From NCBI RefSeq assembly GCF_041956535.1, contig NW_027192207.1, forward strand, positions 605,764 through 669,763: a DNA stretch of 64,000 nt. Direction: 5' to 3'. Origin of the DNA: Calcarisporiella thermophila CBS 279.70. Lineage: Eukaryota > Fungi > Calcarisporiellomycota. The notes under the pieces are model-generated. The model searched no databases, was not told the origin of the DNA, and saw only the letters and a program-made list of their open reading frames with translations. A program made the translations under genes and the position numbers. Each line of letters starts with the position of its first letter. Positions within the stretch are counted from its first letter, which is position 1. Of the stretch, positions 1 through 14,036 are shown piece by piece.

Positions 1-269
1 GGGGTTATTCCTATAGAAAGCAAGCTAAAAACACAAAAAAAAAACTTTCTGCAATTATCTGTCTATTTGTACTATACTATTTATACTATGCTGCCTGGAT
101 TGACACATTCTTATGGAATTTAATTTCACGATCCTCTGTTGTATTGCATTTCCATTATCTTGAGGCAGACCAGTATACATCTTTACTCAATGGGGAGTCA
201 CAGGGAAATGCCAAGTAGAATAAATTCTACAGGAAAACAAATTGACTAGTCTATGAATTTCGATGCGAT

Positions 270-713
270 TTATGAGATAGGCTGTTTGGAGGGGCGATCT
301 GTTTGGATGCTCGTTTTTTCATTTGCCGGGGAATAATCCAAAGAATCCGATCCCTATGGGTGTAACACAGCAAATGGCAAGTGGAAGAGTTCAAAGCTCT
401 CATTCACAACAATATAGCGGAGCAGAATCGTAGAGAGACGACTTACCTGGTCTTCTTGCATGCGTCGCTTTGTCTCCTTTGGATCGGTGCTGTTGTCAAA
501 AGCGGGACTCTTGTGTGCAATCTCGTCCGTTCTCCCCGAAGCAGTCTGCTCCGTGGAGTAGGGAGGGTCGTTTTCCTTATCTTTTTTATTGTGGTTGTCT
601 CGAGCTCGCCGTTGAGCACTTGAGGATGGAGTGCTAAAACAGCGGGCACCAGAGGCCAATGAAGCACGAGAAACTTGGCGGAAGAAATGAGAAGAGCGAT
701 TAGTACGAAGCAT
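270..713 (-). CDS. Small conserved fungal hypothetical protein, probable mitochondrial presequence (2 exons: 713-447, 353-270)
   Basis: ATG at 713; Arg/Ser-rich acid-free N-terminus (MLRTNRSSHFFRQVSRASLASGARCFST); GTAAGT donor at 446 and TAG acceptor at 354 join ...RMQEDQ to GSDSLDYSPANEKTS...PIS*. Confidence 0.6.
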
Positions 714-1167
714 TATCAATGAACAAACATCAGATACATTATGAGGAACAGTACAGGACTAAATGGATTTTATATCTAAATTCGCGTGGCAAATCGATGG
801 TCCATATATAGGATCGCAGAATTAATAGCCTGAAACTTCACTCAATGCAACTAATGTTTCTGATGATCAGGAAGGAAATGGGGTGCGAGTTGAGCGGGCC
901 GTCGCGATAGATTGATGTATAGCTCACAAAAACAGATTCGCACTTTCATCCCGGGATGGTCTGAAGCTACTGCATGGAAACGGATAAAACCTCGGCTTCT
1001 ACCGATTTTTTCTTACACGATAGAATTGACGATTTTTGAATTCGAAGTCATTTTTTACTATTGTGCACCCCTCCCCCTTTTAGCTTCCACAGCACTTTTC
1101 CATTTTGAAACCCATTTGATCTCATTTTCTTCTCCATTGCTTTTTTGTTCTGCCCTTCCTGCTTGCC

Positions 1168-2770
1168 ATGGCCGACAAGGATAATGTCGAGTGTACAGAG
1201 GTCCGTGGTCTTGCGCTTTCTACAAGATGATGCTTATCTCTGCATTTTCTTATGATTGAGTGATTGTTGACCAAAAGCATTGTTTTCTAGATCCTGGATG
1301 AGAAACCGCGCAGCATTCTTCTTGGCATAATCTCTCAGCTACGGCTCGGGATGGATCTGAGCCGCGTCACCCTCCCTACATTCGTCCTGGAACCAAGGAG
1401 TATGCTTGAGCGCATATCCGATTTTATGAGTCATCCAGAATTGATTCTCAAGTAACAACCCATCCCTCTATCTATGTCCATTGCTTTTTCTTTCTTGAAT
1501 GACCTTGCTCATCTCTATTTAATATCAAAGGACTGCAGTGAAAGAGGATCCACTAGAGCGTTTTATTGACGTTTGCCGGTATTACCTGTCTGGCTGGCAT
1601 ATCAAACCAAAAGGGGTGAAGAAGCCTTATAACCCGATACTAGGCGAAATATTCCGCTGCAAGTACGAATACAGCGATGGAAGCGAGGGTATCTATTTTG
1701 CTGAACAAGGTCCGTCTTTTATCCCATTAGTTCCACTCGCTATCCACAGGCACTTACTTTTTTTTTACACTCTCTTATCTCATATTCAGTCTCCCACCAT
1801 CCCCCCATCTCTGCTTATTTCTATACTTCCCTTACCAATCACCTCGTTATCCGTGGCGATTTTCGCCCCAAGAGTAAATTCCTTGGAAATAGTGCCGCAA
1901 CCATCATCGAGGGCGTATCTAGAATTACATTTACAAATCGGCCAGGAGAAGAATACGAGATCTTGATGCCAAACATGTATGCCCGAGGAATATTGTTTGG
2001 TGCAATGGTGCTGGAGCTTGGGGATCAGTCGAGTATCAGGTGCAGGAAAAGCGATCTGATCTGCGAGCTAGAATTCAAGGTGAAGGTAATTTGTAATTAC
2101 TACCTTGCTTCGAAATCTTCTGGGCAAGCTAAAGTGTGGAATATTCTGGAAATAGGGCTTCTTTTCGGGTACCTACAATGCGATTGTGGGAAAGATTAAG
2201 CGGGAGTCCACGGGAGAGTGCCTTTATGAAATATCCGGCAAGTGGTCCGATGTTATGTATATTAAGAAGGCAAGGGTATCTATCTCCTTTTTGCGTATTC
2301 AGATTCGTTCCTCTATTTAGCCGCGATGACTTTTTAGACGGGCGAAAGCAAGATTTTGGTAGACGTCCATGAACATAGAGTACAACCCAAGTTGGTCGCA
2401 CCTGAATCAGAGCAAGAGGAGCGCGAATCCAGGCGGTTCGTGTCCTAATTGACTTTTTTTTTGGAGACATGACAGCTAATAGACAGCCCGTGCTTTTAGG
2501 CTCTGGTCCAAGGTAACGAACTCTCTCCTCACCCAGGATATCGATGCTGCAACCGAGGCGAAAACACAGATCGAAGACCGCCAGCGGAAGGAAGCCCGGG
2601 AGCGCGAAGCGGAGGGGCTTGAGTGGGAGCCGCACTTCTTCCACTACGATAAGGCCCACGATGAATACAAGCTCAAGCATCCCGTGGACTCAAGACAAGA
2701 GCCCACTAAGGCAATGCAGGATTTAGAACGCTTCATATTTGCTCGAATTAATGGCACATCAGGGAACTAA
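1168..2770 (+). CDS. Oxysterol-binding protein family lipid-transfer protein (Osh6/Osh7, ORP5/8-like), multi-exon
   Basis: Spliced translation gives [39 protein letters not shown] signature, RLWSKVT...[13 protein letters not shown]; GT-AG introns; stop TAA 2768-2770. Confidence 0.93.
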
Positions 2771-3094
2771 TTGACAAATAAAGAGCAATAGATATTTAAC
2801 CATGTTTTATCTGAAATTGATTTTGCATTTGTCTTCATTCCTGTGTTTCCAAAATAAAGTTTCTACCTTGCGATATTTACAAGGTGATTTGCTGAGAAAA
2901 GCTTAAGCAATTTAATTAACGATACTAAATTAGTGGATGATTATAAGCCCTTATATGGAGTAAAAGGAAGGGGGAAGGGAAGGGGGGTAGGGAATTTAGA
3001 AAAGATAAGGAGGGAGGGAATAAAAAAATAAAACAATTATGCAATCAAATCAACAATATAACTACGGATGGCCACATGGGCAGAGCTAGATATT

Positions 3095-3947
3095 TCACAG
3101 CATCATTCTGGCCGCGGCAATCATCAAAACAATGGCCGAAATCGAGGTGCTCATGCGGTTTGCCGAGCTACTCGGAGCCTTTGTGGTACCTGAAACAGTT
3201 GCCGGCTTCGAAGCCGTGGCAACCTGGCTGCCACTAGAAGTTGCTTGAGAAACCGCGCCGGAGGATAATACAATGGAGACGGAGGAGGGAGCAAGTGCCA
3301 CTCCTGAGGTGGGAACAGATGTGCCCGTAGGTCGAGCGGTGGAGCTGTAATTGTACTCAGGGGGGAGTACACCGTTAGAAGTATCTGGGGAGGCACTACC
3401 CGTTCCCTGAAGCTATAATGACAGAGTAGATTAAGAAAGAGTTTCAGGCTAACCCGCCCTAGGGCCTGGACCATCCACATACCTGGAAATTGTGGGAGTA
3501 TGCATATCCATCCTGCTCATTTCCAATCCGCACGAAATAGTCCGAGCGGCCAGGTAGGTTGGGGCAAACAAACTTGAAAGGCGAATCCTGCGGCTGCAAC
3601 TTGATGGCCAAATTATAGGATACCCTAATTGAAGAGCGAATTAAAGAGGATGGCAGACGCTTGAACCGTAGCTGCGAAAACTTACGTTGCGACCGTGGGT
3701 TGGCCAGTGAGGAGATCGATATTTACGGGATTCTTTATCTCCCCGCCAACAGTCCACACCACCTGGCCTTCGGTGCCAGCCTTCCAAACTGTGCCGCCCC
3801 AAGGCTCCGTCACCTTAGAAGCATATTCCAAATTCAGGCTCACATTCCAAAACGTCCAAGTGCTCAACCGCTTACCGTGATGGGCATATCGGCCCTCGCT
3901 AGGAGGATGCAGGAGAGGATGAGAAGAACAGCAGAGACTCGCATCAT
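3095..3947 (-). CDS. Secreted Ser/Thr-rich, probably GPI-anchored cell-wall protein with Kre9/Knh1-like N-terminal domain (4 exons)
   Basis: Signal peptide MMRVSAVLLILSCILLARA; ITVTEPWGGTVWKAG..VVW..NIDLLTG..YFVRIG..AYSHNF pattern; S/T-rich stalk; hydrophobic tail ISAIVLMIAAARMML*. Confidence 0.75.
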
Positions 3948-4261
3948 GATGGTAAGGAGAGAACTAGGCTGTGGGGGGGTGTAAGGTGGAGAGGTACGGG
4001 GGAGAAAAGAGTGGGATCAATTAAAAGGTTTGAAACTCAGGAGAAGCCCGTCCTTTAATTTCCGTGCTTTCCTAATTCTTCGTGCGTCACTGGGAATATT
4101 TCATACAGGTTGGCACGAGCGTTTTGTAATTTGTAAATGGACACAAATATGTTTCATATTTCCTGTCCCAGCGATATTGAACAGGCTAACAAATGCATGT
4201 TTTCGAATAAAAAAAGCATGTTCCCCGTTTATTTTGGATAAAGAAAAGAAAAAGGCCCCCT

Positions 4262-4420
4262 TTTAAAAGAAATAAAAAGTAGAAAAAAAAATAATAATAA
4301 AATAAAATAAAATAAAATATTAAGGAAACATGTTCGCAGAGAAAAATAAAATGAAGAGAAATATAGAAAAAAAATTAACAAGAAATATATATATATTTAT
4401 ATTTATATAATTTTTTCTTT
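4262..4420. repeat. AT-rich low-complexity tract with (AATAA)n and (AT)n, 3' of eIF4G
   Basis: aataataataaaataaaataaaataaaat and atatatatatat runs visible directly. Confidence 0.7.
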
Positions 4421-4426
4421 AAATCT

Positions 4427-7400
4427 TTAAACACATAGATTCGAAAGCCCCTAGAAATGCGTAGAAGGATTAGTTAGATATTTAGTCCTCTTCCCATGAA
4501 AGGCCACTCGACTGCCTACCTGTTTGGATAAAAACGCGTTGATTGCCTCGTCTGTCCGTTTATCCTCGGGGAAAAGTGTCTTTAGATCAAAACTTGATTC
4601 TCGGTATCGCTCTGCCATCTTCTCCTCGCCCTGCGGATCCGAACCATGGTGATTAGCCAATGTGAAGCTGGTTAACAATGTCTAGGAAAAAAAATTCTCG
4701 TCTTACCTCTACATCACGCAATGCTTTAAGATATTCTGCTGTTAATTTGGCCGCAGGAGGGACTATCCCGTCTAGAGATAACAGGGGCTGCATCATCTCC
4801 GTCAACTTGTTAAGATCGACTTGAGATGCCACGAGGAATTGGCCAACATAGGAGTATGCAGCAGGGACATCAATCGAGAGGTCGTCGATCATTTCCACCA
4901 ACCCTGCCAATGCCTTGTGAACGGAGTCTAACGCAACGGCATCAGACGAGAGAGCTTGCCGTAGCACCTTGCACGTAAGCTCAACATCTTCCTTCTTGCG
5001 CTCGACCGCAGAGTTGACAAGGGAAGTAAGGAGTTCAACATGGAAAGCAGCGTCATCCAGCTCCTTAATACAATAAATAAGTTCCTAGGGTGCAAAAAAT
5101 AAAGGGCAGCATGAGTATTTCGTTCTCTCTCTTGACCGAAAAACCATCTCTCCAGGCCAAATTACCTCCACATTTCGTACGCTCCAGAATTCCTCAAGGG
5201 CATTCTTGATTTTCTTCTCCGCCTCCTCCTGAGTCAGCTTGGTATCGGATGGTGCGGTTGCAGCATCCGACGCTGGCTGTTGCTCGGGTAGCGGCTTGGT
5301 ACGAGGTAGGATGTTCAATTTCTTGCGCTCAGTGGGAGGGGAAGGAGTGACTTCGCCTTCCACATTGGCTTGCCGTTCGGATGAGCCACCCTCCGCTAAT
5401 AATGCACTAAACATATTTGAGGTGCCAATTTGCGGAGAGGAGCTCGAGCCGGAGCTGGGCTTTCCGTTTTCGCCCTTCTTCGGCGGTGCCTCCATGGACG
5501 GGCTTTTCACGCTTTTAGAAGCCGACAAGCTCGCAAACACATTGCTGGATGAACCAGGGCCCAAGTTCAGATTGCTGCGCTGGATTTTACTCCGCTCCGT
5601 TCGGCCAAAGGAGCCTAGGTCACCAGCCTTGCGCACGCTTGAAGAGCCACCCACGGTGCTCCATCCGTCAGTTGAAGGCGTTTGCGGGGTTCCTCGCTCC
5701 TTCCCGACACGATGCGAGGACGACCGTGTCAACTGTTGGGAGAGATTTGGAAGCCCCCGTCCGCCCGAACTTGTGGACCGTTTGAGGATGTCTTTCTCTT
5801 CCTGTGCTTTGGCCGCATCTTCGTGGATCTCTGCAATAGTCTTGGGTGCATTAAGATCCCGTCGAGGCGCCCAGCGATTACTTCTTAAGTCAATCACATC
5901 CTGAAGCATGAAGCGGATACGGCTCGGGAGTTTTGTGTTCTTAGAGAGAGTAACCATGCGCGAGAAGTAGAGATCCATGTGTCCCTTCGCCTCTTTGCGA
6001 TCGAGCTGCTTGCCGACCGTTGTCATTAACTGGCAGAGGCTTTCCATCTCTTCCTCTTCTGGATTGTCAACATTGGTCAACAGCTTCTGAATGCACCCAT
6101 GCATAATACGCTCCGTCAACATGTTAAGTTTGAACAGCTCGCCGATGAAGCGGATCAAGCCAAGCCCTCTCCGCTTCGCCTTCACGGCAACATAATACTC
6201 GTCAGACATAATGTCCACCTCTCCATTTTCCGTCTTAGGAACATCGAATTTCCACCCACGCTCAAAATCTTCTTGACATCTTGTCAATAGATATTTGCGG
6301 AACAGGTGGCCACCGGAGGCGGGTCTTCCATCGGGAAGCTTCAGGCTCTCATCCTTCACATCCTCCTTCACCTTCTCCATCATCCGTCGACACAGTTGCG
6401 CGTACATGGTGGCAAAGTTGGACTCATCCGTTGCCTTCTCGAATACCAGCTGGATTACAAGTTTCATGGTTGTGCCATCTGTCTCGTTCAATGAGCGATT
6501 TGCAAATTCGATGATTTGATCGGAAATACTCTCGAATTTTTCCAAGGTGAGCTTATTGAGAAGCGATTTCACCTTACGCTGCACCAATTCCATAGGCATT
6601 TGATCCTCGGAGGATGCCGGCTTCTGCTTGTTTTCTTGAACTGTAGGCACCCAGCGATTCTCGGACTTTTGCAACGGTTCGACTGGCTCGGATGGAGTAG
6701 TTGGCCCACCTTGTTGCTGGTGATGTTGATCTCGGGTTCCTTTACGAGAAATACCGCGCCCACTACGAGAACGGCCATCACGCGGGCTTCCACCGCTTGA
6801 GCCAGATGATGGCAGCATCTGGCTACTACTTGCCGAACGTGGACCTAGTGAAGGCCGTCCAGGACCATGGGGTATAAATCCACCCGTACTGTTCATCCGG
6901 TGTGTAGAAGCCTGGAAGCGCTCTTCGCTTGTAGTCTTTTTGAACTGGCCCATATCTGCAGGGAACTGGGCAAATGCCGGGCTCTTAATGCCACGCTGGC
7001 TGCCAGAAGCCGCACGACGGCCAGCGGAGGATGGTTTCCGTTCATTGCCGCCTGCATCCTCCCCAATTACCGACTCAACTAGTGGAAGTCCTTCCGGCCG
7101 TTCCTTACATAAGTGCATAAATTGCATCAGGAAATCGCGATCATATTTATATTTGCCTTTATCCGCTGATTTCGGTGGTTTTATGTCAGGCGGATAGGCA
7201 ACGGCGGAGGGATCTTCGATTATCCGGTGTGAAGTTTGGAGAGTAGTTGGACTATCGACAACAGAGCTTGTGGTCTCATCCGATGCTTTGACATTTTCTA
7301 CAGATGTATCGACTTTGGGTGGAGTAGTAGTAGATGGGGTAGATTTTGCAGCATCGTTTTGAGACTCGAGAGGTTTGTCCGCATCTTCAGGCAAATTCGT

Positions 7401-9543
7401 TTTCACTGCCTCGTTTTCCGCCTTGCGCTTCTCCTCAAGCTCTATACTCTCCCGCTCTTCTTTTTCCTTTTGTTCCTTTTCCCTCCGCTCTCTTTCTTCC
7501 CTCTCTTTCCTTTCTTTCTCTTCTCTTTCCTTCTGCTCTCTTTCTTTCCGCTCTTGTTCCTCCTTTTCTCTGAGTTCCCTGGCTTCTTTCTCTCTCCGCT
7601 CCTTTTCTTCCAGCTCCAGCCTTTCTTTCTCCTCCCTTTCTAATCGCTCCTTTTCTTCTCGCTCTAACCGCTCCTTTTCCTCACGTTTCTTTCGTTCCTC
7701 CTCTTCCCGTTTCGCCCGCTCCTTTTCCTCTTGCTCTTTCTTTTCCTTTTCCTCTTGCCTCTTCCTTTCTGCATCAGCTTGTTCGCGCTCTGCTTGCTTC
7801 CGCTTTTCCTGTTCCTCACGCTCCTTCGCTGCCGGATCAACAATCTTCACAGCTCGCGATCCCGTTGTGGTAGGTGCGACTGTTGTCTGAGATTCATCTT
7901 TTGAATCTTTTTCTTGTGGTTCAGAAGTCTCAGCTTTCTTGAGACGGGGTGATGCATTTTGCGATGAGGAAGAAGATGCAACATCGCTAGCCTTTACCTC
8001 CGTACGTGTATTAGGATTGATGATGGGGATCGCTTTGCTTGCTTTTGGTTGCGGCGTGAATTGTTGACCCATTGGCATACGTTGATTCGGAACGCCATGC
8101 GGGATACCCATCGGCATCCCTTGAGGCATTGGTTGACTATAAGGAGGCATTCCATACATCGGGTGATGGTGGCCAGGAAAGTATTGCGGTGTTGGGCTAT
8201 ATGGTGCAGCAACGTACTGGTGTAAAAAAAGTTATTATTTCACTCTGAGAGTTTAAGAGAATCGAATCAAACCAAACTCACATATTGCTGAGCCCATGGC
8301 TGATGTGGAACAGCAGGAACCATCGGCTGCATATTTGGGGAAGGGGCAGTGGTGAGATGCGGGGAGTGGGGAGAGGCATGCGGTGCCATGGGTTTTTTCT
8401 GTTGGTGGCCATAGGGAGATGGAACGTTCGCAGGTACCGGTCCAGAAGAGGGTGCTGGAGACATGCCCATTGGTATGGGAGCGCCGCCCTTCTGGAAGTG
8501 ATGTGATTGCCGGTGGTGGTGAGGCGGTGTTTGTGGATGATGAGGATAGGAGTGATGTGCGAGGTGTGGCGAGCTGTGTACAGGCCGTGTATGAGGGGAG
8601 TGCATCGTTTCCACCGGCGGGTGCGGTTGAGGTTGGGGTTGAGGTTGTTCTTCGACGGTTGTAGGAGTGGGGGCCTAAAAAAATTACAGTCATAATGTCA
8701 AAATATTTGCGCATATTGTAAGCAACTATCTTATATTACCACTTCTTCTGAAGGCGGATTTGCAGAAATCGTGCCAAAGGTTGGCATCGATCCTCCTGAA
8801 GGAACCTGTGGATATTGCGGTACACCACCACTTAGTGCAGAAGTATGCTGAATGGGTGATGATGAGAGAGGAGCGGTATTCGGCTGGTTAATTGAGCCAA
8901 ATTGTATCGGTGCTATAGTGTACGAAAATTCAAATCAAAAGGTACAATTTACAATTAACAGATAATCCTATTACCAGTTCCTTGAGTATTCGGAGGTCGC
9001 ACAGGGAATTGTACACTGTTTCTTGGTCCTTTCATGTGACTTACGTATGGACCTTTGCGCGATGCTGCTGGCATTAATGGTGGATTTGTATGTCTAATTG
9101 CAAAAAATGGTTAAGGATAATCGGGAAAAAAGAAAGTCAAGTAAAAATCGTTCTCTTGATCTCTACGCTCTTTTCTTTTTCTTAAAAAAAAAGAAGAGTT
9201 GTAGAAATCTGATCAAATCCAACAAATTCTGATTTTGATTTTTCTGGGCTATAATCAAATCTATAGCCCACAAGATCTAGATCAGCTAAACTACATACAA
9301 TAAAGGATACGAATTGTGCATTCTGGGAGAACCACCATGAAACTTTCCGTTTACAGATGCATGACTCGAACTAGACGAAACTTGAAGAGAGGATTGTTGA
9401 GGTGAGGATGCAACTATTGCTGGTTGTGATCCAGAGGACGACGAAGACGAGGGCGTTGATGAAGGCTTCGACTTGGCGGAGGAGGCAATCTGAGCTACTT
9501 GAGCGTATTTAGATGGCTGGTTACTTTGCGGAGGCTTACTCAT
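4427..9543 (-). CDS. eIF4G: Eukaryotic translation initiation factor 4G (MIF4G + MA3), multi-exon
   Basis: eIF4E-binding motif YDRDFLM; MIF4G VKSLLNKLTLEKF...FEKATDE...GLIRFIGELFKL...SRIRFMLQDVIDLR; C-terminal MA3 region; N-terminal QFGS motif; last exon GLSNLCV* ends 4427. Confidence 0.96.
9094..9310 (-). other. U12-type (minor spliceosome) GT-AG intron, eIF4G intron 1 (217 nt)
   Basis: 5' site GTATCCTTT at 9310; branch TCCTTAAC at 9117-9110, 16 nt from the intron end; splicing keeps the frame (..RMHNS/HTNPPLMP..). Confidence 0.9.
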
Positions 9544-10108
9544 TACTTCTCAAGGAAAAATAGGGAGCGATGGTCATCCCACGCGATAAAATGTATTTAG
9601 TGACTTATCGATTCGTTTACTGAACAGAAGGTGGAAAAATAAAACAAAGCCCGCACGCAGACTACTCCTCTATCGTTCCGTTTTTCAAACTTCTTCACCT
9701 TTACAAGCTAAGAAGAGTTGATGATGGATGGAAAAGACTACCAACTTCTTTGACAAACGGATGGATGGGAGTTTGGTATGCCCAATTTTCTTATCAAGGT
9801 CGATTCACGCGCCCACAATCCACAGGATGAAAATTATTCCCAGCATTTCAGCGAGCAATTTCAGCAGATTTCCTCGGTTCATGCATGAAAATTTGGCCGT
9901 AAGATCAACTATAATTTTACCTTACAAAAAATATCATACTTCATTCGTTTCTTTTTTAATTTCTTCACCGTTTCAGTTAATACTGATACATATATCATAT
10001 ATACATCTTTTTCTGCAGTAAAACTAACTTAATGCAAGCACCCTATCTATTTCTGCCTTGTATTCTGAGAGAGGGTTTTAAGCAATAAGAATTATATGTG
10101 ATGTTTGA

Positions 10109-10134
10109 TGACGTCACAATTTGACATCACAATT
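10109..10134 (+). promoter_or_regulatory. CRE/ATF-like palindrome TGACGTCA within a 13-bp direct repeat upstream of ATP5
   Basis: TGACGTCACAATT (10109-10121) immediately followed by TGACATCACAATT (10122-10134), about 100 bp before the ATP5 ATG. Confidence 0.45.
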
Positions 10135-10223
10135 TGCCCCTGGTCTTTTAGTGAAATAAAAACAACCCTTATACGATTCTTCACTTCTGAGAATTTCATT
10201 TTCATCCTCAATAACTTACCGAA

Positions 10224-11182
10224 ATGGCTTTCTCTACTCGGCACACTGCAACCACCATCAGCAAGGTATATATTTAGCTCATTGTTGTATTTTCATCAAA
10301 TAAAAGTTAGTGTTATTAATATGCTGATATTTTTATTAATTGATGAACAGATGGTGCGCGGATTTGCTTCGGCACCAAAAGCCAGCTCGGTGCAGGTAAA
10401 TAGCCCTTAAAAAATATTTTATTTTAGCCGATGCCATCGATCTGGTGTAGAGATGGTTGCCACATGTTGAATATAAAATTCATTATTATAATTTAATTAG
10501 CCTCCCATTGTCTTGCACGGCATTGATGGTCGGTACGCTTCTGCTCTCTACTCTGCAGCCGCAAAGAAGAGCTCTCTTGAGGCTGTCGAAAGTGAATTGA
10601 AGCAAATTCACTCGGTCATTGAGAAGGATCCAAAGGTGAAAAGCTTCCTTGAGGACCCTTCGCAAAATCGTGAACATAAGCGCGCTTCTGTGAATGCTCT
10701 GCTCGGCAAAGGCAAATACTCTGAGATTACGCGCAATTTGTTCGATTTGCTTGCCGAGAATGGCCGTCTCGGTGAAACACCTAAGATCATTAATGCTTAC
10801 CAATCCTTAATGATGGCTCACCGTCGCGAACTGCCAGTGACCATCACTTCGGCGAAGGAACTGGATAATAAGACACTTGACCAGCTTAAGAACTCGCTCT
10901 CGAAGAGTTCTATCATTGAAGCTGGTCAAAAGCTTATCATTTCAAACAAGGTAACATCTCTACTCCTGTAACTATACAAGTGTTTTATTTACTCTTAAAT
11001 TTTGTAGGTGAATCCCTCTATTGTTGGTGGGTTGGTGATCGAGTTTGGAGACAAAACCATCGATCTCTCTGTCTCTTCTAGGATCGCTAAGCTGAACAAA
11101 CTTTTGACTGGTAAGTCTTTGGCACTTTTATTTCCGATTTCAGGTTCTCTAAATTTTTGTCTATATCATAGATTCTTTGTAA
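10224..11182 (+). CDS. ATP5: Mitochondrial ATP synthase OSCP subunit (5 exons)
   Basis: Presequence MAFSTRHTATTISK; PPIVLHGIDGRYASALYSAA; LLAENGRL; VNPSIVGGLVIEFGDKTIDLSVSSRI. Confidence 0.96.
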
Positions 11183-11471
11183 ACGAGTGAGAGGCTTTAT
11201 CTTTATTCCTTCAAAATATATATAAAGTTAGAATGAATTGTGATTAATACTAACAAAATAGTTGTATGTCAAAATTTGCTTGCTGGAAACTCTTACTCCC
11301 AAAGTGGCTTTGGAGACTCTTTTTATTCTATCAGCATTTATTAAGTTTATGACAAAAGAGAAAAGGCTGCGTAGTTAAATGAAAAAGAATTGTCCAAAAG
11401 AAAACGAATAAGTAAACAATAATGCACAACAATATCCATATGGCGCCGAAATCGACGACGGAAATAATCAT

Positions 11472-12652
11472 TTATAAATTCTTGTATCTCACGTAAGAAT
11501 ATAAGGCAGATCCTCCAAGTGCTAGAAGAATCCCAATTCCATTAAGCACAGAGATGGTATTCTGGAAGATCCAGGCTGCTAGCGCAGTTTGGAAGCATGA
11601 TTTTGCGGTGCCTAAAAAAAAGTACTGAATTAATATAATCAATTTCCTCTTCAAATGGAATCCTTATATACCTGAAATTGTATTGGTAAGAGGTGTTGTA
11701 TATTTTATCTGAAGGAACATTGCAATATTGATAACGAATCCGGTAATCCCAGTGATGGTCATAAGTATCCAGAAGCCAGTTTCTCCTAAAAAGGTGACGG
11801 TAGAGAAGATGTCCCCAAGCTCACCAGATAATAGTACAAGTGGGAACAGGAAAATAATAGAGAGCGTTGTGTTATAGTGCAGCAAGCGCCACTGGTTATT
11901 GTCAACGAGCACAAGAGTCTTCTTTACATAGATGCCATAAAGGGCAACGAATGCAGACGAACCCACACCATAGATGATTCCCATCCATGAAAAATTGATC
12001 TCTCCATAAGATCCGATGACGAATCCGAGTAAAACGATGAGGCAAGTAAAGAGCGTGGCTGTAGATGTTTTATTTCCAAGGATGGTGTAGGTAAAGATGA
12101 TGTTAAAAACGATAGAAAGTGATCGGGCAACCTTAATCAACATTGTGTTATTTAGCTGATTTAGCATTTGAAATAATATTTAATCGTACCTGATAAAATG
12201 TCACTTCAACATATTGTAGGCAAAGGTTGTTAAGCGCAAGCATCATCACATAAATGAAGGTAAGTGGAGCAACATTTTTTGCAATGTGTGCCTTAAATTC
12301 GAAAGGAGGGATTAGGGCAAATTGACTGTTCCTAGCAGTATTAAGAATGCATAATTAGAGTTAACTCCTTCTTATCGCTACAAGTGGAATCCTACTTTTT
12401 TCCAATGCTGCTTCCGAGTAACAATAGAACGAGTGCAACCAGCATCTGGTACCATGTAACAAAAAGCGGGTAGGGGAACTTGTATTCATCACCGCTAAGA
12501 ATTATCTTGTTGAGGAAAACCACCGCAAGGGATACGACCCAGTAAAATGCAACAACCAACAAGATAAGATGGGTTGAATGCTGCTTGCGCGCACTAGCAT
12601 TGGCTGGAGATGGTAGGTATTTATCAGACCCTTTTTCGTCGTGGCTGACCAT
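11472..12652 (-). CDS. Nucleotide-sugar transporter, GDP-fucose transporter (SLC35C1) type (4 exons)
   Basis: YWVVSLAVVFLNK, PLFVTWYQ, NNLCLQYVEVTFYQVARSL, QIKYTTPLTNTISGTAKSCFQT; about 10 TM segments. Confidence 0.85.
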
Positions 12653-12880
12653 TACGATCTATTTTTATTTTGTTTTTGTTTGAAATGATGGAAGGAGTGG
12701 TACGAACGAAAATGAAAGAAGCTCATAATTGTATCTGAAATTTTCTGAATTGTAATTTCAGACCAGGCGTCAGTTCGCAAATATCTTTCTGCTCTCCCTT
12801 GTGTTCTCGCGCCTTATCTTCCATTTCTTTATTTCTTTTCATAGTATTTCTTGCATCCATCCATTAGATACGAATATAAA

Positions 12881-13027
12881 GTATGTATAATTATTTGTTG
12901 CAGATGGATGAAATGATAATTCACCTTTAATCGAAAAACTTGAATTTTCACTTTGGATGATTTTCATTTTTTAAGATGATTTAAAATGTATTTTTAGCTA
13001 AACACTAATCTCTATACTATTCCATAG
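12881..13027 (+). other. Probable 5'-UTR intron of the Ran gene
   Basis: GTATGT donor at 12881, CACTAAT branch-like motif, CATAG acceptor 12 nt before the ATG. Confidence 0.65.
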
Positions 13028-13039
13028 ACTTACGTCGTA

Positions 13040-13836
<797 letters not shown>

Positions 13837-14036
13837 ACAATCCTTTCTTTTTTTTCTTTTCCTAATAAAAATGAACGACCATAATACTTATTTTTATTGC
13901 TTTTTCACAAATAAAATGAAATATAATACGAATTTACTTTTATTTTTCTTAACATTAACAAAACATTTAACTTTGTAAATGATAATACTAAAGATCGTAC
14001 ATATGATCATACACAGCTGATTAACCTTGATTTATT

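Noticed and set aside
5239-7890. Long plus-strand ORFs (221, 171, 135 aa)
   Set aside because: Antisense shadows of the eIF4G CDS and its charged low-complexity region.
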